From the NCBI RefSeq assembly GCF_006345805.1, contig NC_043004.1, positions 41,850,001 through 41,914,000 on the forward strand: a stretch of 64,000 bases of DNA, given 5' to 3'. Both the position numbers and the translations under genes were made by a program. The notes beneath the pieces were generated by a model, which ran no database searches, was not told the origin of the DNA, and saw nothing but the letters and a program-made list of their open reading frames with translations. This document shows, piece after piece, positions 30,071-42,171 of this stretch. Each line of letters starts with the position of its first letter. The first letter of the stretch is position 1. This DNA comes from Octopus sinensis. Its lineage: Eukaryota.

Positions 30071-30362
30071 ATTTAAACACATGTAGCTTTTTCTCAAATT
30101 AAACTCATGTAGCGTTTTCTCAAATTTAAACACATGTAGCCTTTTCTCAAACACATATAGCTTTTTCTCAAACACATGTAGCTTTTTCTCAAATTTGAGG
30201 AATCAGATCCCTTTGAATCGAAATTTTGATTTGAGGAATCAGGTCCCTTAGAATCGAAATTTTAATTTTCTCAAATTAAACACATGTAGCTTTTTCTCAA
30301 ATTTAAACACATGTAGCTTTTTCTCAAATTTGAGGAATCAGATCCCTTTAAATCGAAATTTT
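30071..30362. repeat. Composite minisatellite of two units (~26 bp and ~35 bp)
   Basis: Unit A aaacacatgtagctttttctcaaattt and unit B tttgaggaatcagatccctttgaatcgaaatttt, arranged about A5-B2-A2-B1. Confidence 0.85.
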
Positions 30363-30582
30363 ACGTATGTAACAGGTGCAAATTGCATTCCGTACATCAA
30401 CATATTTAGAAATAAAATTAATCTGGCATAAAGAAACAAAAGTCAACTAAAGTATGATTCATGCCTTCCTACGGAGCTAAAAGTTTATTTGAAACAGGAA
30501 ACGTTATCCATAGTGAAATAATATTTCTGATATAATCTCCATCTTTATGAAAAATAGTGCACTTGTTAAAAAAACATTAACA

Positions 30583-30745
30583 GGCGCAGGAGTGGCTGTG
30601 TGGTAAGTAGCTTGCTAACCAACCACATGGTTCCGGGTTCAGTCCCACTGCGTGGCATCTTGGGCAAGTGTCTTCTGCTATAGCCCCGGGCCGACCAATG
30701 CCTTGTGAGTGGATTTGGTAGACGGAAACTGAAAGAAGCCTGTCG

Positions 30746-30778
<33 letters not shown>

Positions 30779-30993
30779 TTGTGTGTCTGTGTTTGTCCCC
30801 CTAGCATTGCTTGACAACCGATGTTGGTGTGTTTACGTCCCCGTCACTTAGCGGTTCGGCAAAAGAGACCGATAGAATAAGTACTGGGCTTACAAAGAAT
30901 AAGTCCTGGGGTCGATTTGCTCGACTAAAGGCGGTGCTCCAGCATGGCCGCAGTCAAATGACTGAAACAAGTAAAAGAGTAAAAGGGTAAAAG
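30583..30993 (+). mobile_element. SINE family B, full length
   Basis: tRNA-like head (tggctgtgtgg, ggttcagtccc), cttgggcaagt block, internal (TA)/(TG) microsatellite, (GTAAAAGA)n tail. Confidence 0.9.
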
Positions 30994-31121
30994 ATTGAAA
31001 TCCAAAATATAATCCAACTTGATAAGCATTTCTCTATGAATAATATACAGAGCAAATTAGAAAAAAACAATCTTAAATTAAATCATTAATGCATTATTAA
31101 TCTGAAGAATTTTATTAACTA

Positions 31122-32532
31122 CTAGCATTATGACCCGTCGTTGCCGGGTCATAGTGATAGTGCATATATATATATGTGTATATATATGTGTACATATTAC
31201 ATGTACATCTATATACTCTTTACTCTTTTACTTGTTTCAGTCATTTGACTGCGGCCATGCTGGAGCACCGCCTTTAGTCGAGCAGATCAACTCCGGGACT
31301 TATTCTTTGTAAGCCCAGTACTTATTCTATCGGTCTCTTTTGCCGAACCGCTAAGTGACGGGGACATAAACACACCAGCATTGGTTGTCAAGCAATGCTA
31401 GGGGGACAAACACATACACACACACACATATATATATATATATACATATATACGACAGGCTTCTTTCAGTTTCCGTCTACCAAATCCACTCACAAGGCAT
31501 TGGTCGGCCCGGGGCTATAGCAGAAGACACTTGCCCAAGATGCCATGCAGTGGGACTGAACCTGGAACCATGTGGTTGGTTAGCAAGCTACTTACCACAC
31601 AGCCACTCCTGCGCCAAAATACAAAATACAAAGTTATATCTTGATATCGCTAGTGATAACAATACTCAAAATATATAACAGACTGGAATTATAGGCCCGT
31701 CTCTTACAATTTCGATCAATTGTATCTGGCCCTCCCTCTTGTATAGAAGTGTGGCTACAATCCAGCCTACCTCTACTGCTGGGGGGGGGGGACATTTTAA
31801 TTTTTATCCGGGACGTCCTACGTCCCAGATATAAAGGTAAAAGTAAGATATTTCCACTTTGCAAGTTCGAGTCGAGTACTCCCTTGCACGCTCCGTTGAC
31901 TCGAACCTTGCTCCTATTGTGGCGAATTTACCGCCTCTGATTAGATATCTTTCATAGTCGCACCAAGACATTTTTCGATGGCGCTTTCCTCCAGGTGTTC
32001 AAATCTTTTTTCTCTACATTGTATACTTTATAGACAATAGTCTTTTCTTTAATTTAATTCTTTATTATCCATCTGGACTATTCCATTTCTGCACGCTAAT
32101 TTTATTTTTAATTTATTCCCATTCATGTGAAACCACTTATTCAAGTTCAAGTCATTGATGCAATTTTATACTAATTGCTGTTTTTACTTTTGTTATGTTA
32201 CGATTATATTATGCTTTAGTTTGATTTTAATGATTACTTACTACATATAATTCAATTGTTATTATTATTTTATTGTTAAAGTAAAAGCATCTGACATAAA
32301 ATAGAGAAATGTTTTTGTTTCACTTTTAACACGTAATACTGAAATAGTGGAGAACATATGATATTGCTATGGGATCGCTCTAGGCAAGAAGTTGAACACT
32401 TTCTTTTTGTCCATGAAACTACATGGACTCTAAGTAAGGCATGTGTAAAATTTGAATGAAATTGGTTGTGTAGTTCTCAAGTTTTAGGGAAACACACAGA
32501 CAGACACACATTCTCAGTTTTATATATATAGA
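31122..32532 (-). mobile_element. Putative composite non-autonomous Helitron containing a nested SINE
   Basis: Minus-strand 5' a|TCtatatatataaaactgagaatgtgtgtctgtctg at 32532; 3' hairpin atgacccg-gcaacga-cgggtcat then atgCTAG|t at 31122. Confidence 0.55.
31216..31615 (-). mobile_element. SINE family B, full length
   Basis: Reverse complement of 30583-30993. Confidence 0.9.
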
Positions 32533-32697
32533 TAAACTTTCTAAGTTTAAGAGACATAACCGCTCAAGCAGAAATGCTAACATGTGTTAGCTATATATTT
32601 CTATATTTCTCCCGTCATAAGGAATAACCTCATATGTATAGCGTAAGTTAGCTCTGCCAAAGCAACTTTCGATGTAGGACGTAAACACTATATAGGC

Positions 32698-32992
<295 letters not shown>

Positions 32993-34107
32993 TACCACGG
33001 GGGCATGAGCTGTAACAGCTCATTGCTGTCTCCACTATTTGTTGCTGATTCCTTACTTCTGGCGGATGGCATCTTTGCACCACACAGGCGACAACCCTCC
33101 AACCGAAGGGTCCTGTCTCAACCTCTTTTCGTCGCCTTACGAAACGCACAGAAATCGTCCGTCCTACTTTTCGACATGCTGGCTCTCACTCAGCACTAGA
33201 AAAGCGTGAAATGATGTTTTACTCAAGAACACGACATGCTTCCCGGTTCAAGATTCGATCTCACGATCTGGTGATCGCCAGTGCAACTTTCTAACCACTA
33301 AGACCTGTGTCTTCACAACGATATATGACTGACGATAAATTTAACGAACGGTATTTCATACTACTTTTAGACATGTAGAAACGAGAGTATTTTAGAGAAT
33401 TGAGTTCATATGAGTATCTGGAAAAGCATGTCACAATAAATTTCCTTGAGAAATGTAGTCCTTACAAGAACAGGAAAATGTTATACACGTACAACTGGGA
33501 AGAATCTGATACGTGAAACTGCCATAACTCTGTTAAGTAAGTAAAAACCTGAAATTGCTTTAGGAGTGTCATCAGTTTGATAGACATCTATTGAAAAACT
33601 GGCAACTATTAACCCTACTAGACTGCACATCGCTACATTAATATCTTCCCTTGCTATTCACATCATTTCATTAATCGTTAAGCATAACTGAATAATTCCT
33701 TCCTTTTCCAATTCTGTTTTTATATTCACGAACGCTTAATATCCAAAGGGTTTATGAAACGTATGCATGCTTTGCATATCTATGTAAACATGTATAACTC
33801 TTCGTATACATACATTCTTGTTTAAGAATATTGAACTTACTAAAAATCTATTACTACCTTCTGAAACTTAATCTGTTCCTTTCAATTTTATTCTAAATAT
33901 TATTCGTATCATAATAAAATTTTCTTGCTTTGCCCATTCGAATCTATTATCAAATTCATTTTTCTTTCTCTTTTACCATAAATTTTGTTCTTTTTCTCTT
34001 TTCTCTTGAATACTGCTTTATATTTATAATTAATAAAATATAATTTTAACTACTCTCCAAACTGTATATATATTGGCTAAACTGGCAATATGATCATTCC
34101 GAAATAT

Positions 34108-34144
<37 letters not shown>

Positions 34145-34145
<1 letters not shown>

Positions 34146-34418
34146 CGGAGATGTACTTGCATAGCATGTGATTTGATCTGAGATCGTGTGCTGAAACGAA
34201 AACAATTGCAGCGAAAACAATTGTAAGCCATTTAAGAAACACACAAAAGCCGTTCGATTCACTTCAACATTTAAGTTTCACGGATTTTTGTCAGTGAACA
34301 GGTCGCGGTCTTAAAGCGACGAAAATATTTTGACGAATTAAACTTAAATGTTGAAGTGAATCGAACGGCTTTTGTGTGTTTCTTAAATGGCTTACAAACA
34401 CCTTCCACGCTGCAATTG
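34145..34418. mobile_element. Foldback element with a 58-bp perfect inverted repeat
   Basis: 34221-34278 is the exact reverse complement of 34340-34397; an outer acaattgcagcg also pairs. Confidence 0.75.
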
Positions 34419-34474
34419 TATATATATACATATATATATATATCCACAAGGGACAAGATACACTTATGTAAGTG

Positions 34475-35645
34475 ATCAAATGTGGTTTATTCTTCAACAT
34501 AGTCCCCCTTGCAGTCCACACCCTCCCCTTGCTGGTGTGTTGCTGTACTTGGATCCCACTGGTGTTGCAGCTTATATCCTGTTGGTCAAGAAGGTTATGA
34601 ACAGCAGACGTAACGTCATCATTGCGATACTTTTTTCCCAGTCACGTGTTCTTTTATGCTGGGGAACGCATATTAGATGGGGACAAATGATGAGAATAGG
34701 GAGGTTGATAAACCAGCTCAAAGACGCAGTCACGCACAACAGCCATTAAAACCAACAATTTGTCTGCTGGAGCAGCGTCCTGATGAAACAAGCACCCTTT
34801 TACCAGTTTTCCTGGGTGTTTGATCCTGACAGCCTCTCGTAACTATCTCAGAAAGCTGGCATAATACCCTCCATAGATGGAGTGGTCTTTTTGCATACAG
34901 TAAAAAAAACACCGTATCTTTTGCGTCCAGAAACTGAAGCCATCACCTTTCCTGAAGACAAAACGACATGGCTTTCTTTGAAGCAGATTTGGAGCGTTAT
35001 ATGGATTGCCTCTTGGTCTCTGGTTGAATGTGTTGAAGTCAATATTCGTCGTAGATTAAGAAATATTCAAAGAAACCAACTGGATCTGCCACGGACACAC
35101 TTTCAGGTTTTTCTGTGATGAATAGGTCTGGTGCGCTTTTCATCAGGTGTCAGAAGACGTGGCACCCACTGAGCAGAAACCTTCGTCATGCCACGTTCAT
35201 TGTACAGAATATTCTCAACTCTATCACGGGATATGCTGATAGCATTGGCTATTTGATTCACATTCATTGGCCTGTCATTTGTCTCCATGTGGTGAACACG
35301 ATCAATATATTTCTCGGTGGTGCAGTAGCAGAACATCATCTTCAAGACAATCTTCCCCTCCCAAATTTAGCTTCTCACTTTTCACTGTTGATAAAGCTGG
35401 TGTCATACCCTAATGTAGCAACTATTTCAGCATGCACATCAGTGGCTAAACTGTTTTCCAGAAGGTAATTGTTAACACAATGATGACACATTTTATCAAT
35501 TTTTAATAGAAGTTGCAACAAATAATTTTTGATATCTTCCTTTGAATAGTGAAATGTCATTTTACCTGAAAAGAAATAATACAGTTATTAATAAGAAGGC
35601 TTGAAAATAATGCATTCAAAATTTCCCAGCTCTAGCACCACCCCT
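34475..35645 (-). mobile_element. Mariner (DD34D-type) transposase pseudogene
   Basis: ORF 35103-35345 contains KVSAQWVPRLLT; downstream degenerate catalytic-region motifs; the C-terminus ends in GDYVEE*. Confidence 0.8.
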
Positions 35646-37515
35646 GCCAGAAAAACAGCACCCCAGTCGGTCACGTATTCGGTACTGTTTCGATTCATAG
35701 TTCAACTGATTTATTTTTTATATGCATGACCGTGTAGTTAAAATCTCGCTTTATTATCTCAAAGTATCGCATGCATGCGATTTCACTGCGTAGGACATTG
35801 TGCAAGTGTCAGCACTCATCATTCGGTTATCCAATAGTTCGCAGGAAAAAAGTAGTTTGTAGTAAATTGCATGGTAGCCCACCACAGGTATTTTAAACGT
35901 ATGGGAGTAGAATTAATTTTTCCAGGTATAACATCATCATAATTAGGTCCCTTTAGCGGAATATTTTCTCTTGTAGGAATTCTGTTAAAATCTCCAGTCT
36001 GAAGATAGCTTCCTCCTATTGTACCGTTGGTTATAGAGAGTCTTAAATAAGGCATGGGTTCTTACTAAACCATTAAATCAAATACCTTTTTTTTCACATT
36101 CTGCTGGAGGAGCGAAATATCTTTACACTCTATATTTTCGCATTACTACACGAAGGAAATACTTTCAGTGGTGATCCAGCGACCCATTAAAGGTTTCGAG
36201 ACGTTTTTCGTTCATGCATTACTTATTCTTCTCAATAACAATACTACTTTGCTTTTCTGATGCACGAAATCAATTGACGTTGAGTTATAAATATTTCCCA
36301 TCGAAGCAGATTTCCATATTATCCGTATTGTTTTCGCCAGAATATTGTCTTTTTTATATTAGTTTTAGAGAACATATTTTCATTTTTCGTTTCCTTTGTT
36401 TCTTGAAAGTTTTTGATTTATTGTAGTTGGTTTTGGTTTTATTTTCTTTTTCATTGTGTCACTTCTTTTGAATTTATATCCAATTCGTAGAGACTTTCTT
36501 CGCTACGGTTCATATTCCATCTGCTGAATGAAATTTAGATAGTTTGATATTTGCAAAACTTGGTTTAGTCTTATATAATTCATTGTGGTTATTCCAAATC
36601 TATTTTCAGCGAGGTTATACATATTTATGCTGTCTATATTTCTATCAAGTGGATGATTTTTCTTCTCTGTGGTCTTCAGAGCTTTATGTTTTACTTATTT
36701 AGAAATATAATTTTTAGCCTGTATTTTATTTTTTTATCGTATGATTGTACCCTTACTTTTTTGTTTGTCTCCCAGATTTCGTTTTTCTACTTGGTGTGTC
36801 AGTTAGCATTTCTCGTTCATATTCTCATGCATCGTTATTCGTTATTTATTTATTTATTTATTTATTTATTATGTCAATTCTTTTATCACATATGTCATAG
36901 AACTACAGAATATCTCCATTTGTTTTCTCGCTTTGGTTGACTTACATTTCTTCTCGTTCGACTGCTTCATATTCTTTTCTCCATTCTGTCTTCGTTTCTT
37001 TGACGTTTGCACTCTGATGTCTCTCGAAAGAAATACTTTTGTTGGAAAGTTTGTTTGAAAGGTAGGTTTTGTAGGTTGGTAACGTTAATACTTCTCATAT
37101 TTATCTTGATTCATGCATTCGTAATCGATGATGTGATTGTCGTGTTCCATCTTTTGTCTGTATTCTTGCATATTATTATTGCAGACCACCATATTCTGCT
37201 TATAATCCCCCATCTTCCGCTTCTAGTTTCTCATAATCGACTTATATGTACGTTTGGGATTTTGGAGGTATCAAGACCAAGACAATTATGATTTTGCGCC
37301 CTTTACTACTAATATGTAAACAGATGTGCACCGATCTCAACACACTATTCAATAGCATGGATTTAGGATAGAATAAAGATGTTCATGCTTCATACACTTT
37401 GTCAGATACTGTGTGGAGTATGAATGATCGACTGAATTTTCGGGAGTTTAATTTCAGTATTTCGTTTTTGGATTTGTTTGCAAGATTCTTTTTATGGGTT
37501 CGTGTGTTGAAGCAT

Positions 37516-37759
37516 ATTCTGTTGTGTCTGGAGAGAGTCATTCTCTTTTAGTGCTTTATTATTTAACACATTCACCGGTAAAATTTCCACTTATTTCTTA
37601 TTTTTATTTTCTAAAATGTTCGTTGCGTTTTCAATAATCTTGTAACACGCAACGAAAATTTTAGAACATAAAAATAAGAAATAAGTGGAAATTTTACCGG
37701 TGAGTGTGTTAAATAATAAGGCACTAAAAGAGAATGACTCTCCCCAGACACAACAGAAT
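37516..37759. mobile_element. MITE/foldback with ~113-bp near-perfect inverted arms and an 18-nt loop
   Basis: attctgttgtgtctgg...ttcgttgcgt pairs with acgcaacgaa...ccagacacaacagaat. Confidence 0.8.
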
Positions 37760-38279
37760 TTCAGTATTGTATTATTTAAAATATATTGGTGAAAATAGTA
37801 GTGTTGAGCAATAAACAATGCGGTACTTTCTTCAGCGCCTTTACGTTTAGTTACCAATCCAGGCTGATGTCAACTTCTAAAGAAAATTTGACTCTTTTCA
37901 GAAGTTAAAATGTTGACCATACTTTTGACGTTAAAATTGATAGCCGTGAAAATGATGACTTTACTCCCCAAATATATCTAGGCCTAAGTCAAAAAAATTT
38001 ATATTAACACATTCGGACGGACATCGATTTTATAGATCACAGGAAATCTTGCCAAATTCTCTGTGTTTATTAGGAATCTTCCGCTAGTAAATATTCTAGC
38101 ACTTTTAGCTGCCGAACAAAATGAATTGCTGTATTTATTTCCTTTACTGTCATAGTTAAAACAATGCTGGCCTACTTACAATAAATACAAAGGAAATAGT
38201 AGTTTTCTATTTTACTTATTTCTTCTTTATAACGTTTATGGATTTTGATAATGTTAGCAGTTAATTTCACTGGTAGGAC

Positions 38280-39436
38280 GTTAAAACTTGTCTCAAAACA
38301 TGAAAACAAGAAAGCATCATACTCAGTAACAAAACAGGCAGAGGAATATCTAAGTGAATTCCAAATACAACAAATTTCGGAATTAGACGTACTAGAAACA
38401 AGCGCAGAAAAAGCTAAGCGCATGAAAACCCGTGCTAAAACTGCTGCCTTAGATATTCTGACTGATAAATGGTAAGAAAAACCTCTCAATGGCAAATACC
38501 CAAAGACTGCGAATAATGTCGATTTTGACAAAGCCCTTACCCATCAATGACTAATGGCCTCTGGCTTAAAATAAGAAACAGAAGGGTTTATCATAGCAGC
38601 CCAAGATCAGTGCCTACCTACAAGGAACTACCAGGCCGAAATATTAAAGAACGGCAGCTTCCCAACATGTGTATGTCAACAACAAAATGAAATCATTGCT
38701 CATGCTATCTCCATGTGCAGTCTTCTAGCGCCTACAGAATATCTCAACAGGCATGATAGAGCTGCACAATATATTCACTGGGTAATTTGCAAAAACATGG
38801 ACTTGCCCCATGATAAAAACTGGTGGGAACACAAACCATTTCCAGTGCTTGAAAATGGTCACATCTCACTCCTCTTGAATTTCACCATTCAAACTGACAG
38901 AAGGATAGATGCAAATAGGCCAGACATCATATTGAAAGACTTCAAACAAAGAACATGCCTCCTCATTGATATGAGTGTCCCAATCGATATAAACGTATTT
39001 GTCAAGACCTACCAAAAATTGAGCAAGTATGAGGATCTTGAAATAGAAATTAGCAAAATTTCGGACCGAAAGACTAAAACAATGCCTGTTGTCATAGGTG
39101 CCCAAAGAATAATTGCAAAAGGGTCTGATTGCTACCTAGCTCAGATACCAGGAAACCCCGAAATGGCAGAAATTCAAAAGATAGTGACCATGGGAACTTC
39201 CTATATCCTACGTAAAATACTGTCGGTGTAATCTCAAATTTTAAAGCAAACATCATTTTCTTATGGTTTCTTGAACATTCTCTAGAACAACACTATGTAC
39301 ATAACCAAATATGTGGCACACTAAGCATAACACCAACACAAACTTCTAATTTGTTGTCTCTTGAGGTCTCTGGGTGAGACTTGGAGCCAACTTGTACAAA
39401 TGCAAAGCAAAATTCAAACATAAAGTAATAATAATA
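38280..39436 (+). mobile_element. R4/Dong-like LINE copy C, 5'-truncated pseudogene
   Basis: KPLNGKYP, ETEGFIIAAQDQCLPTRNY, RHDRAAQYIHW, DRRIDANRPDI, LIDMSVP, KLSKYEDLEIE, PVVIGA, QKIV.MGT.YILRK; short TAA tail. Confidence 0.9.
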
Positions 39437-40077
39437 TTAATCGATAAATGAAGCGGAAGATGGATTTGGCGTTAGTACTGAATTAGTACTCGATTTGGTA
39501 TTAGTACGTATTGAATAAAGACTAATGCCAAATTTATCTCCTGCTTCATTCATCGATTATTATTATCTCAACCAACAAGGCGGAATTCCTGAAGTAAATC
39601 CAGCGGAAATATGCTCTTAACGTACATGACACCGAGTAAACCAAATTGTGAACATTCTTTACTCAACATCCTAATTGACATATTCCAAAAATTACACACA
39701 CAAACGCACAGACACACACACACATATATATATATGTCTACATATATGGACATACATATACATGTCTGTATGTATGTGTGTCTGTGTGATTGTGTTGGTG
39801 TTTGTGTGTGTATGTATATGTATGTGTGTATGTGTGTGCATATGTGTATACATACAGGTGTGTGTATGTATGTGCGACATATATATATATACAGAGAAAG
39901 AGAGAGACAGAGACAAGAGGAGGGATAGAGAAAAATAAATATAAAATTCAAGAGTCATTATATGAAACCTTTTAACAGCACAACACATCTCAAAATATTG
40001 GAGATTTTTTCAGAAAATCATTTACTGTGTAAATCAAAATTTACAAAATATTGTTAATTAAAATTTATTGTTAATTA

Positions 40078-40514
40078 GGCGCAGGAGTGGCTGTGTGGTA
40101 AGTAGCATGCTTACCAACCACATGGTTCCGGGTCCACTCCTAATTCGTGGCACCTTGGGCAAGTGTCTTCTACTATAGCCTTGGGCCGACCAAAGCCTTG
40201 TGAGTGGATTAGGTAGACGGAAACTGGAAGAAGCCTGTCGTATATATATATATATATATGTGTGTATGTGTGTGTGTGTGTGTATGATTGTATGTCTGTG
40301 TTTGTTCCCCCAATATCGCTTGACAACCGATGCTGATGTGTTTACGTCCCCGTGACTTAGCGGTTCGGCAAAAGAGACCGATAGAATAAGTACTAGGCTT
40401 ACAAAGAATAAGTCCTGGGGTCGATTTGCTCGACTAAAGCCGGTGCTCCGGCATGGCCGCAGTCAAATGACTGAAACAAGTAAAAGAGTAAAAGAGTAAA
40501 AGAGTAAAAAGAGT
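40078..40514 (+). mobile_element. SINE family B, full length
   Basis: Same architecture as 30583-30993. Confidence 0.9.
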
Positions 40515-40559
40515 AATTATAATTTAATCACCGTTGTTTCTGGTACGGTTGTCTAGTTG

Positions 40560-41250
40560 TCTTTAAAACTTTTTGCTTATAACGTCAGTAAGCTTTGTAT
40601 GCGATGCTGTCTCTAATTTTCCCCATTCTTTATGAGTTACAGCAAATGAAGTCATTTTAGTTAAAAAAAAAAACTATTTTAAATTTGGCTTTTGCTGGCA
40701 CAATGCACCATAAAGTCTTGATTGGATTCAAGCCAAATCAATTTCTCAATTTCCTTATCGTGTAGGGACTTTAGGGCTAATTTGGCAGAATGAACAGTTG
40801 CATTATTATGTTGGTATATTGCCAAACTCTGATGAGTGAACTGTTTAAGTGGGGGTGAAGCTGCTTTCGTAAAACGTCTCCTAAATTGATCTTGTTTAGC
40901 CACAGGTCAGGTCAGATCTGATCCATTTAAATGCATATATGATCCAGTTCATTTGAGCCATGGACATCGGACCTAGTATAGTGTATCTAGAGCTGTATTA
41001 TTCATTGTATATTTCCGTTTTATATGACAGCTGCTTAAGAAAGATTTGGTTAATTTTTTTTTGTCCCGGTGTTCATATAGAGGTTCTTCGTTAGCTCTAT
41101 TGCCTTCTCTTACTATTGTAGGGTGGCACTTTGCAGAGAAATCTAATCTATCGTCTTTCATGCTAAAGCAATTTCACTCCATTCATAATGCCAGTATTTG
41201 TATCTTCCCAGTTGGAGAGTCTTTAATTTCATATTAATCAAACTTTTATA
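40560..41250 (-). mobile_element. Tc1-like transposase remnant
   Basis: ORF 40679-40903 IYQHNNATVHSAK..LHDKEIEKLIW..NQD resembles the Tc1 FQQDNAPxH..W..SPD region; very degenerate. Confidence 0.4.
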
Positions 41251-41406
41251 GTTATCTGGAATGGAAGGGAAAATCTTGATTCAGTAATACATTCTGCATA
41301 TAACTGAGTCCTATTTTCTTTTTACATAAAGTAAACGTTCTTTTAAATCATGTGGATTTTATATTACGTTTTATTCACTTAACAATATATTGTCAAAATA
41401 AATATA

Positions 41407-41633
41407 TCTCTCTATATATAAACGGCAAAATGTCTGCATGTGTGTCCTTTATACAAATCCACAATTTTTCAGTTAGAGGGCTCGCACTTTCTATGGTCAT
41501 TCAATACTGTCCAAGGGTGGTCGTGCACATCTTTACATTTCCCCAGTCACCCCGCAAAGCCATTAAAAAATCAATGGAAGTGACTTTTTTGTGAATATTC
41601 TATCCAAAACCCAATCAAAATGCCCGAAACTTG
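41407..41633 (+). mobile_element. Helitron-like 5' fragment
   Basis: a|TCtctctatatataaacggcaaaatgtctgc..gtgtgtcc start resembles the other Helitron heads; no 3' CTAG hairpin seen. Confidence 0.45.
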
Positions 41634-42029
41634 CTTGTGAGAGAATCCTGTTGTATATACAATATATTTCTTCAAGGTGAAAGCTTAAAAAACTCACTAC
41701 TCCCTATTACCTTGTTTCTGCTCTTCAAACGATCGGAACTGAATAATACAGAAAGTGTTTTATAAGTTAAGAGAAATGAAGAAAAGAGCTTGAGGTATTT
41801 ATATAAGATCACTTAAATCAAAGAAAATCATACAAAGCGTTAGTAGATTGTGTGTGGGTTGTTATATTTACAGAAGAACAAGGATTAGCATCTGTAAACA
41901 TACTAATATCTATGCTATTGAATTATTGAAATGCATAGATACATGCTTATACATAGACACAAATGCACGTATATATATATATCACGTAGATATATATATA
42001 TATATTATATATATATATATATATCACGT

Positions 42030-42065
<36 letters not shown>

Positions 42066-42068
<3 letters not shown>

Positions 42069-42171
42069 TCACGTGATCACGTGACGGACCAGACCATCGG
42101 ATGTTACACATCGCTGGTCACAATGCGTTCGCATTGTTTTACCCTTCGAATGACGCCACTCCGCTGGCTAA
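42066..42171 (-). mobile_element. SINE family D, 3' fragment
   Basis: Reverse complement of 29260-29366 (tcacgtgatcacgtga...cgctggctaa). Confidence 0.75.

Noticed and set aside
33160-33200. Hammerhead on the minus strand (ctgagtgag...cgaaa)
   Set aside because: Core spacing is wrong and there is no convincing stem II or stem I
35819-36055. Protein-like 78-aa minus-strand ORF (..QTGDFNRIP..NYDDV..)
   Set aside because: No recognisable family or clear splice sites; the GDFN word could be a LINE endonuclease relic
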